64,000 nt of DNA from Candidatus Eiseniibacteriota bacterium (GCA_038231135.1 JBBRLX010000003.1:160001-224000); one strand, 5' to 3'; positions 28,304 to 39,792 are shown, counted from the first letter of the stretch. Numbers and translations: made by a program. Notes: generated by a model from the letters alone, not told the origin.

Positions 28304-29611
28304 TCAGTGCGCGGCCGTCACCCCCGGCTGCGGCCGCGCGTTCCATAAAATCAGCATCAGTACCGCGCCGATCGCCGCGAAGCCGATCATGCTCGGCGCC
28401 CAGGCGCCCCAGCCGTACAGGTCGACCAGTTTGCCGATGCCGTAGCCGGCGAACGCGCCGCCGATGTACTGCATGCCGTCGAACAGCCCGGCCGCGGTGG
28501 CGGCGGCACGCTGGCCGCCGAAGTCCATCGACGCGGTGCCCGACAGCATCGAGTGCACCATCGAGATGCCCATCGAGTTCACGATGAACGCGCCGATGAT
28601 CCAGCCGATCGAGGTCTGGTGCCACACCACCCACAGCGACGCGACCATGAGCGCGTAGCCGATGAACGCGACCGGGGGCCGGCGGGCGCCGAACGTCTTG
28701 TCCGACAGCAGTCCGGCGATCACCGCGCCGACGATGCCGGCGCCGACGATGATGAACGCGCCGGTGCGGAAGATCGGGCTGTCGAGCTTGAGATGCTGGG
28801 CCTCCTGCATGTAGCGCGGGAACCATTCCTCGAAGCCCTTGCGCGCGAGTCCGGTGCAGAACTCGGCGACCGCGATCGTCAGCGCGATCGGGTTCGTGAA
28901 CACCTTGCGCGCGACGTAGCCGAACGTGATCTTCTCGGTGTCGCCGCTGGTGGCGTCCTGCGGGTCGAACGCCGGCAGGCCGGCGTCGGCGGGCGTGTCC
29001 CGCACGACGAGCGCCGTGAAGATCAGCATGATGCCAATCGCGATCGCGGGCAGGAAGAACTTCCACTGCCACGGCAGCGCCACCACGAACGGCAGCGGCA
29101 GGATCGCGTATACGCCGGTGCGGCCGAGCTGGATCATCGAACCGAAGATCGACGAGAACACGCCACGCTCGCTGACGTGGAACCAGCCCGAGTTCACCTT
29201 GATCAGCGCGAGCGCGCTGTAGGACTGGAAGTACATGTTCAGCGTCCACATCGTCGTCAGGTAGCCGAGCAGCAGCGTGCCCGTGCCCAGGAATCCGAGG
29301 TAGGCGCCAAGGCCGAACAGCAGGTTGAACACGAACGCGCCCGAGGCGCCGATCAGCATCGCCCTGCGCCCGCCGAGACGGTCGGCGATCGGACCGTTGA
29401 ACAGCGCCGAGACGCCGTAGACCAGCGTGGCCACCGAGATGATGCCGCCGATCTGGGCCTTGCTCCAGCCGTAGGTGTCGGACAGCGCCTTATTCGCGAA
29501 CGAAAAGTTGTAGCGGCCCATGTACATGGCCGCGTACGTGAGTCCGAGCGTGAACCAGTTCTGGATCCGGCGGGTGCGGAAGGCGGCCGTGTACGTCGGG
29601 CGCTCGAGCAT
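28304..29611 (-). CDS. MFS transporter (GlpT/UhpC organophosphate-like)
   Basis: YAAMYMGRYNFS, GPIADRLGGRR, WFHVSERG, AGLLSDK; about 12 TMs. Confidence 0.88.
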   Translation of the reverse strand: MLERPTYTAAFRTRRIQNWFTLGLTYAAMYMGRYNFSFANKALSDTYGWSKAQIGGIISVATLVYGVSALFNGPIADRLGGRRAMLIGASGAFVFNLLFGLGAYLGFLGTGTLLLGYLTTMWTLNMYFQSYSALALIKVNSGWFHVSERGVFSSIFGSMIQLGRTGVYAILPLPFVVALPWQWKFFLPAIAIGIMLIFTALVVRDTPADAGLPAFDPQDATSGDTEKITFGYVARKVFTNPIALTIAVAEFCTGLARKGFEEWFPRYMQEAQHLKLDSPIFRTGAFIIVGAGIVGAVIAGLLSDKTFGARRPPVAFIGYALMVASLWVVWHQTSIGWIIGAFIVNSMGISMVHSMLSGTASMDFGGQRAAATAAGLFDGMQYIGGAFAGYGIGKLVDLYGWGAWAPSMIGFAAIGAVLMLILWNARPQPGVTAAH

Positions 29612-29738
29612 GCGCAGCTACCTCGTGGGCGTTCGAAGCGAAGCCCGGCTCCCCACGGGGCGCCGGAGGACAAGGAGATCCTCGCTTGTACTCCCGCATT
29701 ACCGGGAAATCAAGGTCCGAACGCGCTATCATGCGCGC

Positions 29739-30257
29739 ATGGGCACCCTGGCCGCCTGGCTGAGTCGCGAGCTCGAGTGGGATTCGCTCGAATGGCTCGG
29801 GCGCCGCTACGTGCTGCGCGCGGGCGGGGACGAGGTGGCCCGGCTGACGACCACGGGACTGTTTCGGCGCGCCGCCGAGTTCGAAGCGCCCGGTGTGCGG
29901 TGGCAGATCCGGTCCACGCGCTGGCTGCTGCCCGAACTGCGAGTCCTGGAGGACGGCAGGCCGATCGCCACCTACCGCGGCCGCTGGTTCGGCGGGGGCA
30001 CGCTCGAACTGCTCCACGACCGTTCGGTCTCGGCCGCCGGCGTCTCGCGGAACTGGCAATGGCGTCGCCGCGGGCTGCGTCGCCGGCAATTCCTGGAGGA
30101 CGGTGTGCCGGTCGTGAGCCTGTGGCGGAAGCTGTCGTGGGCTCGACGGCGTGTTGGCGCGCGCGTGGAACGCGACTCGTTGCCGGAGCGTGACGCGCTC
30201 ATCCTCGTCGCGGCGGGGTTCTATCTGATGCTGCGGACGCGACGCGGACGTCCATGA
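29739..30257 (+). CDS. Hypothetical protein (possibly LURP-one/Tubby-like)
   Basis: Beta-rich Trp/Arg ORF ending in a hydrophobic helix (DALILVAAGFYL); TATCAT 6 nt upstream of the ATG. Confidence 0.6.
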   Translation: MGTLAAWLSRELEWDSLEWLGRRYVLRAGGDEVARLTTTGLFRRAAEFEAPGVRWQIRSTRWLLPELRVLEDGRPIATYRGRWFGGGTLELLHDRSVSAAGVSRNWQWRRRGLRRRQFLEDGVPVVSLWRKLSWARRRVGARVERDSLPERDALILVAAGFYLMLRTRRGRP

Positions 30258-30344
30258 TAGTTCTCAAGAATTGCTGAAATAACTCCGATAAATCGGCATT
30301 CCCCGCCCCCCTCCGCCCTCCAGTACGTACCGAAGGAGGTCACG

Positions 30345-32699
30345 GTGTTTCGTTTCTCGACGCGATTCGCGGCCCTGCTCGCCGTTTGCATCACGCTGTC
30401 GCAGTCTCACCCGGCCATGGCAGGCACCGTTCGATTCGCAACGCACGTCCGACCCACCGCCACGGCGGCCGGGCATGCGATCGGCACGAGCATCGCGGCA
30501 CGGGGCGCCATTCAACTCACTCCGTTCAGCTCGGCCCTGTTCGCCGGGGATTCGTTCTTCGGCACGGCGTCCCTCCAGAACCCGAATGGGGATCCGCTCG
30601 CCGGCGCGGCCGTCCAATTCACGATCTTCGGCGGGCCGAACGCCGGGAACCCGGGGAGCGGCCCCGCGGTTACCGACGCGGACGGCCTGGCCGGTTTCGA
30701 CTACATGAGCACGCGCAACGGCGTCGACTCGCTGGTCGCGACGTTCGTCGATGCGTCGGGGACGCTGCAGACCTCGAACGTCATTACGGTCGAATGGGCC
30801 GGCGGCGACGACTGTCCCGCGTTCACGGCGCCGACGCCGGCGGACCGGTCCACGGTCGTGGTCCACGCGGGAGATCCCATCGCGCTGGATGTACGCGCCA
30901 CCGACGCGAATCCGGGGGACACAGTGACGCTGGCCGCACTCGGCCTGCCGGCATCCGCCACGTTCAGCCCGGGAGAGGGCAATCCGGCGAGCGGCAGCTT
31001 CCGGTGGACGCCGTCCTATGCGGACCTGGGCCGGCATGTTCTCACGTTCAACGCGTCCGACAACGCCGCCGCGGCGTGCACCACGTCGACCGGCGTGACG
31101 ATCGATGTGCAATGCCCGCTCAACAACCGGGCCCCGGAGTTCACGGCGCCGGCCTGCGGCGCGACGGTGGTGACGCTCGCCGGCCAGCTGGTGACGCTGC
31201 CGGTCGCGGTGCGGGACGCCGACACGGGCGATGCGGTGACCCTGACGGCGTCGGGGCCGGGAGCGCTCGTCGCCGTGACGCCGGGAAATCCGGCGTCGGG
31301 CCGGTATGAATGGCGAACCGGCGCGGCCGACATCGGGGTGCACGTGATCACGCTCACCGCGACGGACCGGTGTGGCGGCACGTCGGATTGCAGCACCACG
31401 GTGCGTGTGGACGACCCGCAGGTGTGCCCGCGGTTCATAGCGCCCACGCCGGCGGAGGGTGCGGTGCTGGCGGCCACCGCGGGTGCCGAGTTCTCGCTGC
31501 CGGTGCGCGCGGCCGACGCGAACGCCGGTGACCGGTTGACGCTGAGCGTCGACGGAGCGCCCGCGGTGACGTTTACGACGTCGCCCGGCAATCCCGTGGA
31601 CGGCACGCTCTTGTGGGCGCCCACGCGGGCAGACCTCGGGCAGCACGCGATCACGTTCACGGTGATCGATCACGCCGCCACGCCATGCGCGGTGTCACGC
31701 ACCGTCCAGGTGCTCGTCGCGTGCCCGGCGGGCAATGCGGCGCCCGTGTTCACGGCGCCGGCGTGCGGCGCCACGCTCGAAGCCGCGGCCGGCCAGCCGC
31801 TGTCGTTCCCGGTGGCCGCTGCAGACCCCGACGCCGGCGATGCCGTGACGCTCGCGATGACGGGAGCGGGCGCGCTGACGATCGTGCCCGGGAATCCCCC
31901 GACGGCCCGGTTCGACTGGACGCCAGCCGCTGCGGATTCCGGGTCGCGCACGCTGGCGTTCACGGCGACCGATCGCTGCAGCCTCACGACCCGCTGCGAG
32001 GTCACGGTGCACGTGATGGCGAACCGCCCGCCCGACGGCTCGGCCGTGCGACCGTCGATCAGCGTGCTGTGGCCCGCGAACCACAAGCTGGTCCCCGTCA
32101 CGCTCACCGGCGCGACCGATCCCGACGGCGACTCGGTTCGCGTCGAGATCACCGGGATCACCCAGGACGAGCCGCTGACCGGAGGCAAGGGCGCGGAGTG
32201 CGGCGATGCGGTGATCGCGGCCGGAGTCCCCAGCCTGCGCGCCGAACGCTCGGGCGACAACGGCCGGGTGTACGAGATTCGCTACCGGGCGACGGATGGC
32301 AGGGGCGGATTCTGCGAGGGCGCGGTGCACGTGTGCGTGCCCCACGACAACGGTTCCGGCGGAGGCTGTGTCGACGACGGCCAGCGGTTCTCGTCGCTGG
32401 GTCTGTGCGGGCCGTCCTCGTCGGCGGTGATGAATCCGGTGACGGCGGTGAGCCTCGACGTGGCCGACCTGTCGAGCCGCGACGTGACGCTCGAGTACGC
32501 GCTGCCGGCCGATGCCGACGTGCGAATCGCGGTCTACGACATCACCGGCCGCCGGCTCGCGCTGCTCGAGGATGCCCGCCGGGCTCAGGGCACGTACGCC
32601 GTGACGTGGCACGCGGGTGGCCTCGCACGTGGCGTGTACTACTGCCGGATGACCGCGGGGGATCGCACGGTGACGCGGGCCGTGGTGCTCGCGCGCTGA
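30345..32699 (+). CDS. Secreted multi-Ig/cadherin-like repeat protein with C-terminal FlgD/T9SS-like domain
   Basis: AGGAGG RBS, signal peptide (PAMA), Ig-like domain, four ~100-aa repeats, LWPANHK domain, C-terminal VRIAVYDITGRRL...LARGVYYCRM. Confidence 0.85.
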   Translation: MFRFSTRFAALLAVCITLSQSHPAMAGTVRFATHVRPTATAAGHAIGTSIAARGAIQLTPFSSALFAGDSFFGTASLQNPNGDPLAGAAVQFTIFGGPNAGNPGSGPAVTDADGLAGFDYMSTRNGVDSLVATFVDASGTLQTSNVITVEWAGGDDCPAFTAPTPADRSTVVVHAGDPIALDVRATDANPGDTVTLAALGLPASATFSPGEGNPASGSFRWTPSYADLGRHVLTFNASDNAAAACTTSTGVTIDVQCPLNNRAPEFTAPACGATVVTLAGQLVTLPVAVRDADTGDAVTLTASGPGALVAVTPGNPASGRYEWRTGAADIGVHVITLTATDRCGGTSDCSTTVRVDDPQVCPRFIAPTPAEGAVLAATAGAEFSLPVRAADANAGDRLTLSVDGAPAVTFTTSPGNPVDGTLLWAPTRADLGQHAITFTVIDHAATPCAVSRTVQVLVACPAGNAAPVFTAPACGATLEAAAGQPLSFPVAAADPDAGDAVTLAMTGAGALTIVPGNPPTARFDWTPAAADSGSRTLAFTATDRCSLTTRCEVTVHVMANRPPDGSAVRPSISVLWPANHKLVPVTLTGATDPDGDSVRVEITGITQDEPLTGGKGAECGDAVIAAGVPSLRAERSGDNGRVYEIRYRATDGRGGFCEGAVHVCVPHDNGSGGGCVDDGQRFSSLGLCGPSSSAVMNPVTAVSLDVADLSSRDVTLEYALPADADVRIAVYDITGRRLALLEDARRAQGTYAVTWHAGGLARGVYYCRMTAGDRTVTRAVVLAR

Positions 32700-32759
32700 C
32701 GGCACGGGCGCGGGGCGGATCCGCGCGCGGTGACTCGTGGGGCGTGGCCGATCGTTCGG

Positions 32760-33536
32760 CTACGCCCCGAGCCGTTCCCGGAGTTCCCGCGCCCGCACGC
32801 GGCTCACCGGCACCTCGGTGCGCGCAGCGTCCTTGAGCTGCAGCCGGTAGGTGCCGGCGAAGCCGGGCTTGAGCGCGACGGCGAAGTCCAGGTTCACGAT
32901 CGCGTTGCGATGCACGCGGGCGAACCGGCGCGGATCGAGCTTCGCCTCGAGCTGGTCGAGCGTGAAGTTGACGTAGTGGCGGTCGCCGTCGGTGGCCGCG
33001 AACACCAGCTTGTCCTCGGCGCCGAACCACAGCACGTCGTCGGATTTCAGGATCAACTGGCGCACGCCGACGCGCACCGTGAAGCGCTCGAGCGGGTCCG
33101 TGGCGTCGCGCCGGCCGCGATCGAGACCCTGCAGCAGCGCGTCGAGCCGCGCCGTGAGGTCCTGGGGACGCGCGAGGTCGCGCCGCGCGCGATCCAGCGC
33201 CTCGATCAGGCGCCCGGCCCGGAATGGCTTGAGCAGATAGTCGCAGGCGTTCTCCTCGAACGCCTGGACCGCATAGTGATCGAACGCCGTGAGGAACACG
33301 ACCGCCGGGCGCGGGTCGAGCGACCGCAGCAGCTGGAAGCCGTCCTCGCCCGGCATCTGGATGTCGAGCAGCAGCAGGTCGGGGCGCGATTCCGCGATCC
33401 GCTCGCGTGCCTCCGCCGCCGACCCGGCCTCGCCGGTGACGCTCACGCCCTCGGCCCCGTCGAGCATGCGCCGCGTGCGCGCCCGCGCCAGCGGCTCGTC
33501 GTCCACGATCAGGATGCGCAGCGGCGTCACGGTCAT
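32760..33536 (-). CDS. LytTR family DNA-binding response regulator
   Basis: IVDDEPLAR, LDIQMPGEDGF, TAFDHYAVQAFE, DYLLKP, FARVHRNAIVN, VPVSR. Confidence 0.95.
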   Translation of the reverse strand: MTVTPLRILIVDDEPLARARTRRMLDGAEGVSVTGEAGSAAEARERIAESRPDLLLLDIQMPGEDGFQLLRSLDPRPAVVFLTAFDHYAVQAFEENACDYLLKPFRAGRLIEALDRARRDLARPQDLTARLDALLQGLDRGRRDATDPLERFTVRVGVRQLILKSDDVLWFGAEDKLVFAATDGDRHYVNFTLDQLEAKLDPRRFARVHRNAIVNLDFAVALKPGFAGTYRLQLKDAARTEVPVSRVRARELRERLGA

Positions 33537-33555
33537 CGGAACCCCGGAATGCCGG

Positions 33556-35793
33556 CTACCACGTCAGGCCGAATCCCACGACGGCGATCCGCCGGCTGAA
33601 GTAGGACAGGTTGTCGGTACGCTGCGAGTAGTCGGAATTGTAGACGTAGTCGAGCACGTTGTGGACATCGAGCACGTTCATGCCCTCCACGTAGAATACA
33701 CACGTGCTGCTGCCGGGCAGCGAGCCCATCGCGGGCAGCGAGAACAGCTTCGTGAGCCGCACGTCGAGCCGCCGGTAGTCCGGCAGCCGAGCGGACTGGT
33801 TCTCGCCCTCGACCGGCCGCCAGATGCCGCGGCCGGCATCGTAGAACCGGCCGATCACCGGCGTATACGCGCGCCCGGTGGAATAGCTGTAGCGGCCGCC
33901 CACCTGCCACAGCCGGGGCAGCGCCCACTCGAGCACCAGGGTTCCGGAGTGCGGCACGCCGTAGGCCGACGGCTCCTCGCGTGGGTCGTCGCGCTCGCGC
34001 CGGCGGCTGTCCTGATAGCCATACGAGATCCAGCCGGACACGGGCCCGAGCTGGCCCCGCACGATCGCGTCCACGCCGCGCGCGTAGCCGGTGCCGTCGC
34101 TCGAGTAGAACGTGCTGTCCGACTGGGTGACGAGATGCCGGTAGTCCTTGCGATAGGCTTCGACACGGGCGTTCCAGACCGCGGTGTTCCACTCGTAGCC
34201 GGCGATCCAGTGATCGGCTTCGAGCGGGATCAGGTGGGGATTGCCGTAGACCGGGTCCAGGAATTCCGTATCGGCCGGCTGGTGATAGCGCCCGGTCGCG
34301 ACCCGCAGCGTCTGGTGATCGTCGATCCGCCACGCCACCGACGCGCGCGGGTCGAACGTCCAGCGGTCGGCCAGCGACACGTGATCGGCGCGGGCGCCGA
34401 GCGTGGCGTAGATCGGTCCGACGAGGCGCACCTTGTCCTCGACGTAGGCGCCAGGCACGTCCTGGGAGGGCCGCGTGGCGCGGAACCGCACCGGTGCGCC
34501 CGCGGCGAGATCGGAGCTGTCGGCGGGCACGGCGCCGCTGAGGTCATCCTGCCGGCGGCGCCAGTTGCCGCCGAACGACACCTCATGGCGCGGCGACGCG
34601 GCCCATACCGCGTCCACGTTCGCCTGCTCGTGGGCTTCGCGATCGCTCACGTCCGTCGGACCGAACGCCCACTGCGACCGGTAGCGCTGGATCGACACCT
34701 GGCCGTGGATCGCGAGAACGCCCAGCGCCGCCTCCTGAAACTGGAGCGCGAGCAGGTGATTGTGCGAGTGGCGGTCGTAGAGTCCCTGGAAGTTGCCGCT
34801 CTGCGTGACGAGCCCGACGCGATCGGCGGACCCCAGGTAGAGCAGCGACACGCGGCCGGTCGGGGAATGGCGGTACAGCAGCCGCACGGCGCCGTCGGCG
34901 CTCGCGGGCGCGTTCACGTAGCCGAGCCGGGTGGGGTAGAGGCGCTCGAGCAGCTTCACGTCCGAACCACGCACGGTGCCGACCAGCGACAGCTTGTCCG
35001 GGATCAGCGCCCAGCTGCCCGACACGTTCCCACCCACGATGTTCGCGCCCGCCGAGATCGTGCGCAGGTTCATGGGGTCCGCCGTCTCGATGTCGAGCAC
35101 GCCCGACAGCACGCCGCCGTACTTCGCCGAGAACCCGCCGCTCGAGAAGAACGCGCTCTTGAGCATGTAGGAATCGAACGCCGAGAACAGGCCACCCGAG
35201 GCGCCCTCGTAGTGGTAGGGGTGGCCGATCTCGCCGCCATCGAGCCGGATCAGCGTCTCGCGCGGATCGCCGCCGCGAACGTACAGCGCAGCGCCTTCGT
35301 CGGGGGCGTTGATGCTCGGCAGCGCCCGCAGCGACTGGAACACGTCCGCGGCGCCGCCGGGAGTGGTGACGACGTCCATGCGCCGCAACATGGCGCCTTC
35401 GCTCTTGCCGGCCTTGCCGAACGTGGACGCCGCGACCACGACCTCGGCCACCGGCACCGGCTCCTCGGCGAGCACGATGCGGACGCGGGCCGGTGCGCCG
35501 GCGATCACGGCCTGCGCCTGTCCCGGCTGATAGCCGACCTGGGAGCACACGATCGTGACCGGTCCGTCGGGCAGCTCGAGTGAGAAGGCCCCTGCGGTGT
35601 CGGTGACGGCGCCGAGTTTGAGCGCCGCCACCGTCACGTTCGCGTATTCGATCGCCCGGCCGCGGTGATCCACGACGCTGCCGGTGAGCCGCGCGGCCAG
35701 CGCCGGCGTCACGGCCGCCGCCAGGATGATGGCGGCCGCGAACGCGCTCGCGACGATCGCGCGGGTTCCGGCGTTCGGGTTCTGCTGCGTCAA
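33556..35793 (-). CDS. TonB-dependent receptor with N-terminal carboxypeptidase-regulatory-like domain
   Basis: Inferred TTG start overlapping the upstream stop; signal peptide; plug motifs LYVRGG and GGFSAKYGGVLSGVLDI; barrel motifs FDPRAS, GYARG, RLPDYRRLD; C-terminal Trp. Confidence 0.9.
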   Translation of the reverse strand: MTQQNPNAGTRAIVASAFAAAIILAAAVTPALAARLTGSVVDHRGRAIEYANVTVAALKLGAVTDTAGAFSLELPDGPVTIVCSQVGYQPGQAQAVIAGAPARVRIVLAEEPVPVAEVVVAASTFGKAGKSEGAMLRRMDVVTTPGGAADVFQSLRALPSINAPDEGAALYVRGGDPRETLIRLDGGEIGHPYHYEGASGGLFSAFDSYMLKSAFFSSGGFSAKYGGVLSGVLDIETADPMNLRTISAGANIVGGNVSGSWALIPDKLSLVGTVRGSDVKLLERLYPTRLGYVNAPASADGAVRLLYRHSPTGRVSLLYLGSADRVGLVTQSGNFQGLYDRHSHNHLLALQFQEAALGVLAIHGQVSIQRYRSQWAFGPTDVSDREAHEQANVDAVWAASPRHEVSFGGNWRRRQDDLSGAVPADSSDLAAGAPVRFRATRPSQDVPGAYVEDKVRLVGPIYATLGARADHVSLADRWTFDPRASVAWRIDDHQTLRVATGRYHQPADTEFLDPVYGNPHLIPLEADHWIAGYEWNTAVWNARVEAYRKDYRHLVTQSDSTFYSSDGTGYARGVDAIVRGQLGPVSGWISYGYQDSRRRERDDPREEPSAYGVPHSGTLVLEWALPRLWQVGGRYSYSTGRAYTPVIGRFYDAGRGIWRPVEGENQSARLPDYRRLDVRLTKLFSLPAMGSLPGSSTCVFYVEGMNVLDVHNVLDYVYNSDYSQRTDNLSYFSRRIAVVGFGLTW

Positions 35794-36665
35794 GGCTTGG
35801 CCTTCGCCGCGTGATCGAGCTCCGGCAGCAGCGTGTACTTCACCCAGCCGTTGGACGGATTCGCCGCCAGCGCCTTGTCGTAGAACGCGCGCGCCTGGTC
35901 GTAGAGAGCGAGTTCGACGCACGCCCGGCCGGCCCACAGGAAGGCGTCGTCGGCGCCCCAGCGGATCGCGTCGGGGCCGCCGGCCTTCTCGGCCGCATAC
36001 AACTGCTGCGCATGGGCGAGCCGGACGAGCGCCTTGTCGGGGCCGCCGCCCACGAACCGCGGCACGTGATAGGTGTTGATGCCGTCGAGCAGCGCCACCC
36101 GCGGGTTCGCGGGCTCCAGTGCCGCCGCGCGCCCGAGGGTCTCGACGATCTGGGGCCCCAGCGCCATGGCGCGCGTGGGATCCAGGCTGATCTCGAGTCC
36201 CTGCAGCCCGCCCTCGAGCGCGATCGCGTCGGCGAACTTGGGCTGGATTGCGATCGCCCGGTCGAGCTGGTCGAGCCCGTCCTTGCAGTAGCGGGCGGCG
36301 GCTTTCGCATCCTTCATCAGGCGCGGAACCAGCCGGTAGTCGGCGAGCGCCACCCAGTAGTGGAGGGCGGCCGACTTGGGGCTGGCCGCGGCCAGCGCCT
36401 CGAGCTGCGCGCGGGCCGCGAGGATCGAATCGGTACTGCCATAGACCGCGCGCATCAGCGCGATGCGCGCGGTCGCGAGGTCGGCCGGCGCCGCGGGCGC
36501 CGTGGCGGCCGCGACCACGGTCGAGTCCCGCGCCGTGGATGCGGCGACGGCGGCCGCCGTCGGGGTGGCCGCGGTGGCGGTGACGGCCGTGCAGGCGCAC
36601 GGAGGGTTCGCCGCGCCGGCGAGTGCGGCGGCGGCAACGATGGACAGAACGCGAAGCAACGTCAT
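35790..36665 (-). CDS. Exported TPR/helical-repeat protein
   Basis: Signal-like N-terminus, Ala/Thr linker, TPR-like repeats (LDRAIAIQPKFADA, LGRAAALEPANPRV, YDKALAANPSNGW); 4-nt overlaps with both neighbours. Confidence 0.82.
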   Translation of the reverse strand: MTLLRVLSIVAAAALAGAANPPCACTAVTATAATPTAAAVAASTARDSTVVAAATAPAAPADLATARIALMRAVYGSTDSILAARAQLEALAAASPKSAALHYWVALADYRLVPRLMKDAKAAARYCKDGLDQLDRAIAIQPKFADAIALEGGLQGLEISLDPTRAMALGPQIVETLGRAAALEPANPRVALLDGINTYHVPRFVGGGPDKALVRLAHAQQLYAAEKAGGPDAIRWGADDAFLWAGRACVELALYDQARAFYDKALAANPSNGWVKYTLLPELDHAAKAKP

Positions 36666-37792
36666 GAGGGTCTCCAGGCTGGTGTGGTGGTGGATGTGGG
36701 TCGGAGTGGCAGGGTGATCGTGATGCGCGCGCCGTGGCCGGGAGCGCTCGTGATCTCGAGCGCGTGCGGCGGCCCGGCGGCGCGCAGGCGCTCGCGCACC
36801 GAGTGGAGTCCGAACCCGTTGCCGCCGGGATCGGCAGCGGCGCTCATGCCGGGGCCGTCGTCCACGACCTCGAGCACCAGCACGTCGCCGTCGCGGCGGG
36901 CCACGATGCCGATCGTGGCGCCCTCCGCCCGCGGCGACACGGCGTAGCGCACGGCATTCTCGACCAGCGGCTGCAGCATCAGGCCGGGCACGGCGAAGCC
37001 GTCGAGGCCAGGCTCGATCGATTCCTGGATGCGCAGCCGGGTCCCGAACCGGGTGCGCTCGATCTCGAGGTACGCGCGCACGAACTCCAGCTCGTCGGTG
37101 AGCGGGCGATGTTCCTGCTCCGAGGCGCGCAGCGTGTGGCGGAACATGTCGGCCAGCCGCGTGACGGTGTCCTCGGCCTCGGCCGGCGACTCGCGCACCA
37201 GCGCGGCGATGGTGTTGAGCGTGTTGAACAGGAAGTGCGGCTGGATCTGGGCGCGCAGCGCGCGCAGCTCGGCGCTCGCCAGCTCGGCGCGCATGTGTTC
37301 GATCGCGCGTGCCCGAGTCATCGACTGGCGGTAGAACGCGATCGCGTAGGCGACGCCGCCGATGGTGATCGCGAACAGGACCGAATAGGCCCCCGAGCGC
37401 AGCACCGCCTCGGGGCTGCCGAGGAACCCCGGCATCACGAACGCCTGGATGAGCGCCGCGGCGACGTAGGAGCTGACGACGCTCGTCACCAGGTAGGCCG
37501 GCGCCTCGATGCGGATCGGCAACACGCCCGGGCCGCGCATCCGTCGCAGCCACGGCAGCCCCCACAGCTTGAGCGCCACGAGCGCGAGCCGGATGACGTA
37601 CGCGAACACCAACGAGATCTTGAACGCGGCCCAGTACGCCGACCGTGTGCCGCCGTACAGCGTGCCGAAGAACAGCGCGAACGCGATCGCATAGAGCGGC
37701 TGCTGCCACAGCGCCTCCCACAGGCGCTGGGCCCGGCGGGGGCGGGGCGCCGGGGCGTCGTCGGCGCAGTCAGCGGTACGGGGGTTCGTCAT
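36662..37792 (-). CDS. LytS/YehU-type membrane sensor histidine kinase
   Basis: About 4 TM segments; LRAQIQPHFLFNTLNTI, LEIERTRFG, LQPLVENAVRY, DDGPG, GFGLHSVRERL. Confidence 0.94.
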   Translation of the reverse strand: MTNPRTADCADDAPAPRPRRAQRLWEALWQQPLYAIAFALFFGTLYGGTRSAYWAAFKISLVFAYVIRLALVALKLWGLPWLRRMRGPGVLPIRIEAPAYLVTSVVSSYVAAALIQAFVMPGFLGSPEAVLRSGAYSVLFAITIGGVAYAIAFYRQSMTRARAIEHMRAELASAELRALRAQIQPHFLFNTLNTIAALVRESPAEAEDTVTRLADMFRHTLRASEQEHRPLTDELEFVRAYLEIERTRFGTRLRIQESIEPGLDGFAVPGLMLQPLVENAVRYAVSPRAEGATIGIVARRDGDVLVLEVVDDGPGMSAAADPGGNGFGLHSVRERLRAAGPPHALEITSAPGHGARITITLPLRPTSTTTPAWRPS

Positions 37793-37798
37793 GACTGC

Positions 37799-37868
37799 AG
37801 CTTAGGGTCGGCCCCGCCGACCGGCTACGCCCGGGGCGATGAACGGTCGCGCGGGGCCGATGAACGGT
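37799..37868 (-). promoter_or_regulatory. LytTR-type direct repeat (ACCGTTCATCG x2, 21-bp period) plus -10 TAAGCT, likely leaderless promoter of the kinase operon
   Basis: Identical 11-mers at 37837-37847 and 37858-37868; TAAGCT at 37804-37799 lies 6 nt before the ATG at 37792. Confidence 0.8.
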
Positions 37869-37892
37869 GGCGTGGGGCGCCGAAGGCCTGCG

Positions 37893-39097
<1,205 letters not shown>

Positions 39098-39101
<4 letters not shown>

Positions 39102-39754
39102 GGCGCCAGCCGCTCCCAGGTCCACAGCTCGCCCGCGCGGCGGTAGAGTACCCGGTCGTGGAGGCGGTGCGGGCGGTTCTGCCAGAACTCGATCGTGTCC
39201 GGGGCCAGCCGGTAGCCGCCCCAGTGTGCCGGACGCGCGAGCGGGGTGTGACGATGCCGTTCGATCAACTCGCGGACGCCAAGCTCCAGCTCCGCGCGAC
39301 TCGTGATGGGACGGCTCTGCGGCGAGGCCGCGGCGCTCAGACGGCTCTCCAGCGGCCGGGAGGCGAAATAGGCGTCGGACTCCGCGGCGGTCACCCGGCG
39401 CACCGCGCCCTCCACACGCACCTGGCGTCCCAGCGGATGCCAGTAGAACACCAGCGCCGCGAACGGATTCTCCGCCAGTTCCTGGCCCTTGCGGCTCTCG
39501 TAGTTCGAGTAAAACGTGAAGCCGTGTGAGTCGGCGCCTTTCAGCAGCACCATGCGCGCCGACGGACGTCCGCTCGCATCCGCGGTGGCCAGCGTCATGC
39601 TCTCGGCGTCGGGTACGCGCGCCCGCGCTTGCGTGAACCATTCATCGAACAACGCAAAGGGGCCCGGGGGAAGGGGTTCGCAATCCAGATCGCCTGTCAG
39701 GAGCTGCGGCCGGGCGGGGGATGGCGTGGGGTCCGGAGCGTCGCCGTGCGTCAT
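39098..39754 (-). CDS. pdxH: Pyridoxine/pyridoxamine 5'-phosphate oxidase
   Basis: [71 protein letters not shown]. Confidence 0.96.
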
Positions 39755-39792
39755 GGATCTCCTCGGGAAGGCGGGAATCGAACCGGCGATGC

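Noticed and set aside
39764..39789. tRNA T-arm-like sequence on the minus strand (GCCGGTTCGATTCCCGCCTTCCCG), possible att remnant near the low-GC islet
   Set aside because: The T-stem has a mismatch, there is no matching 5' acceptor strand, D-arm or anticodon arm, no CCA and no second copy; it lies in the short pdxH 5' UTR next to the RBS.
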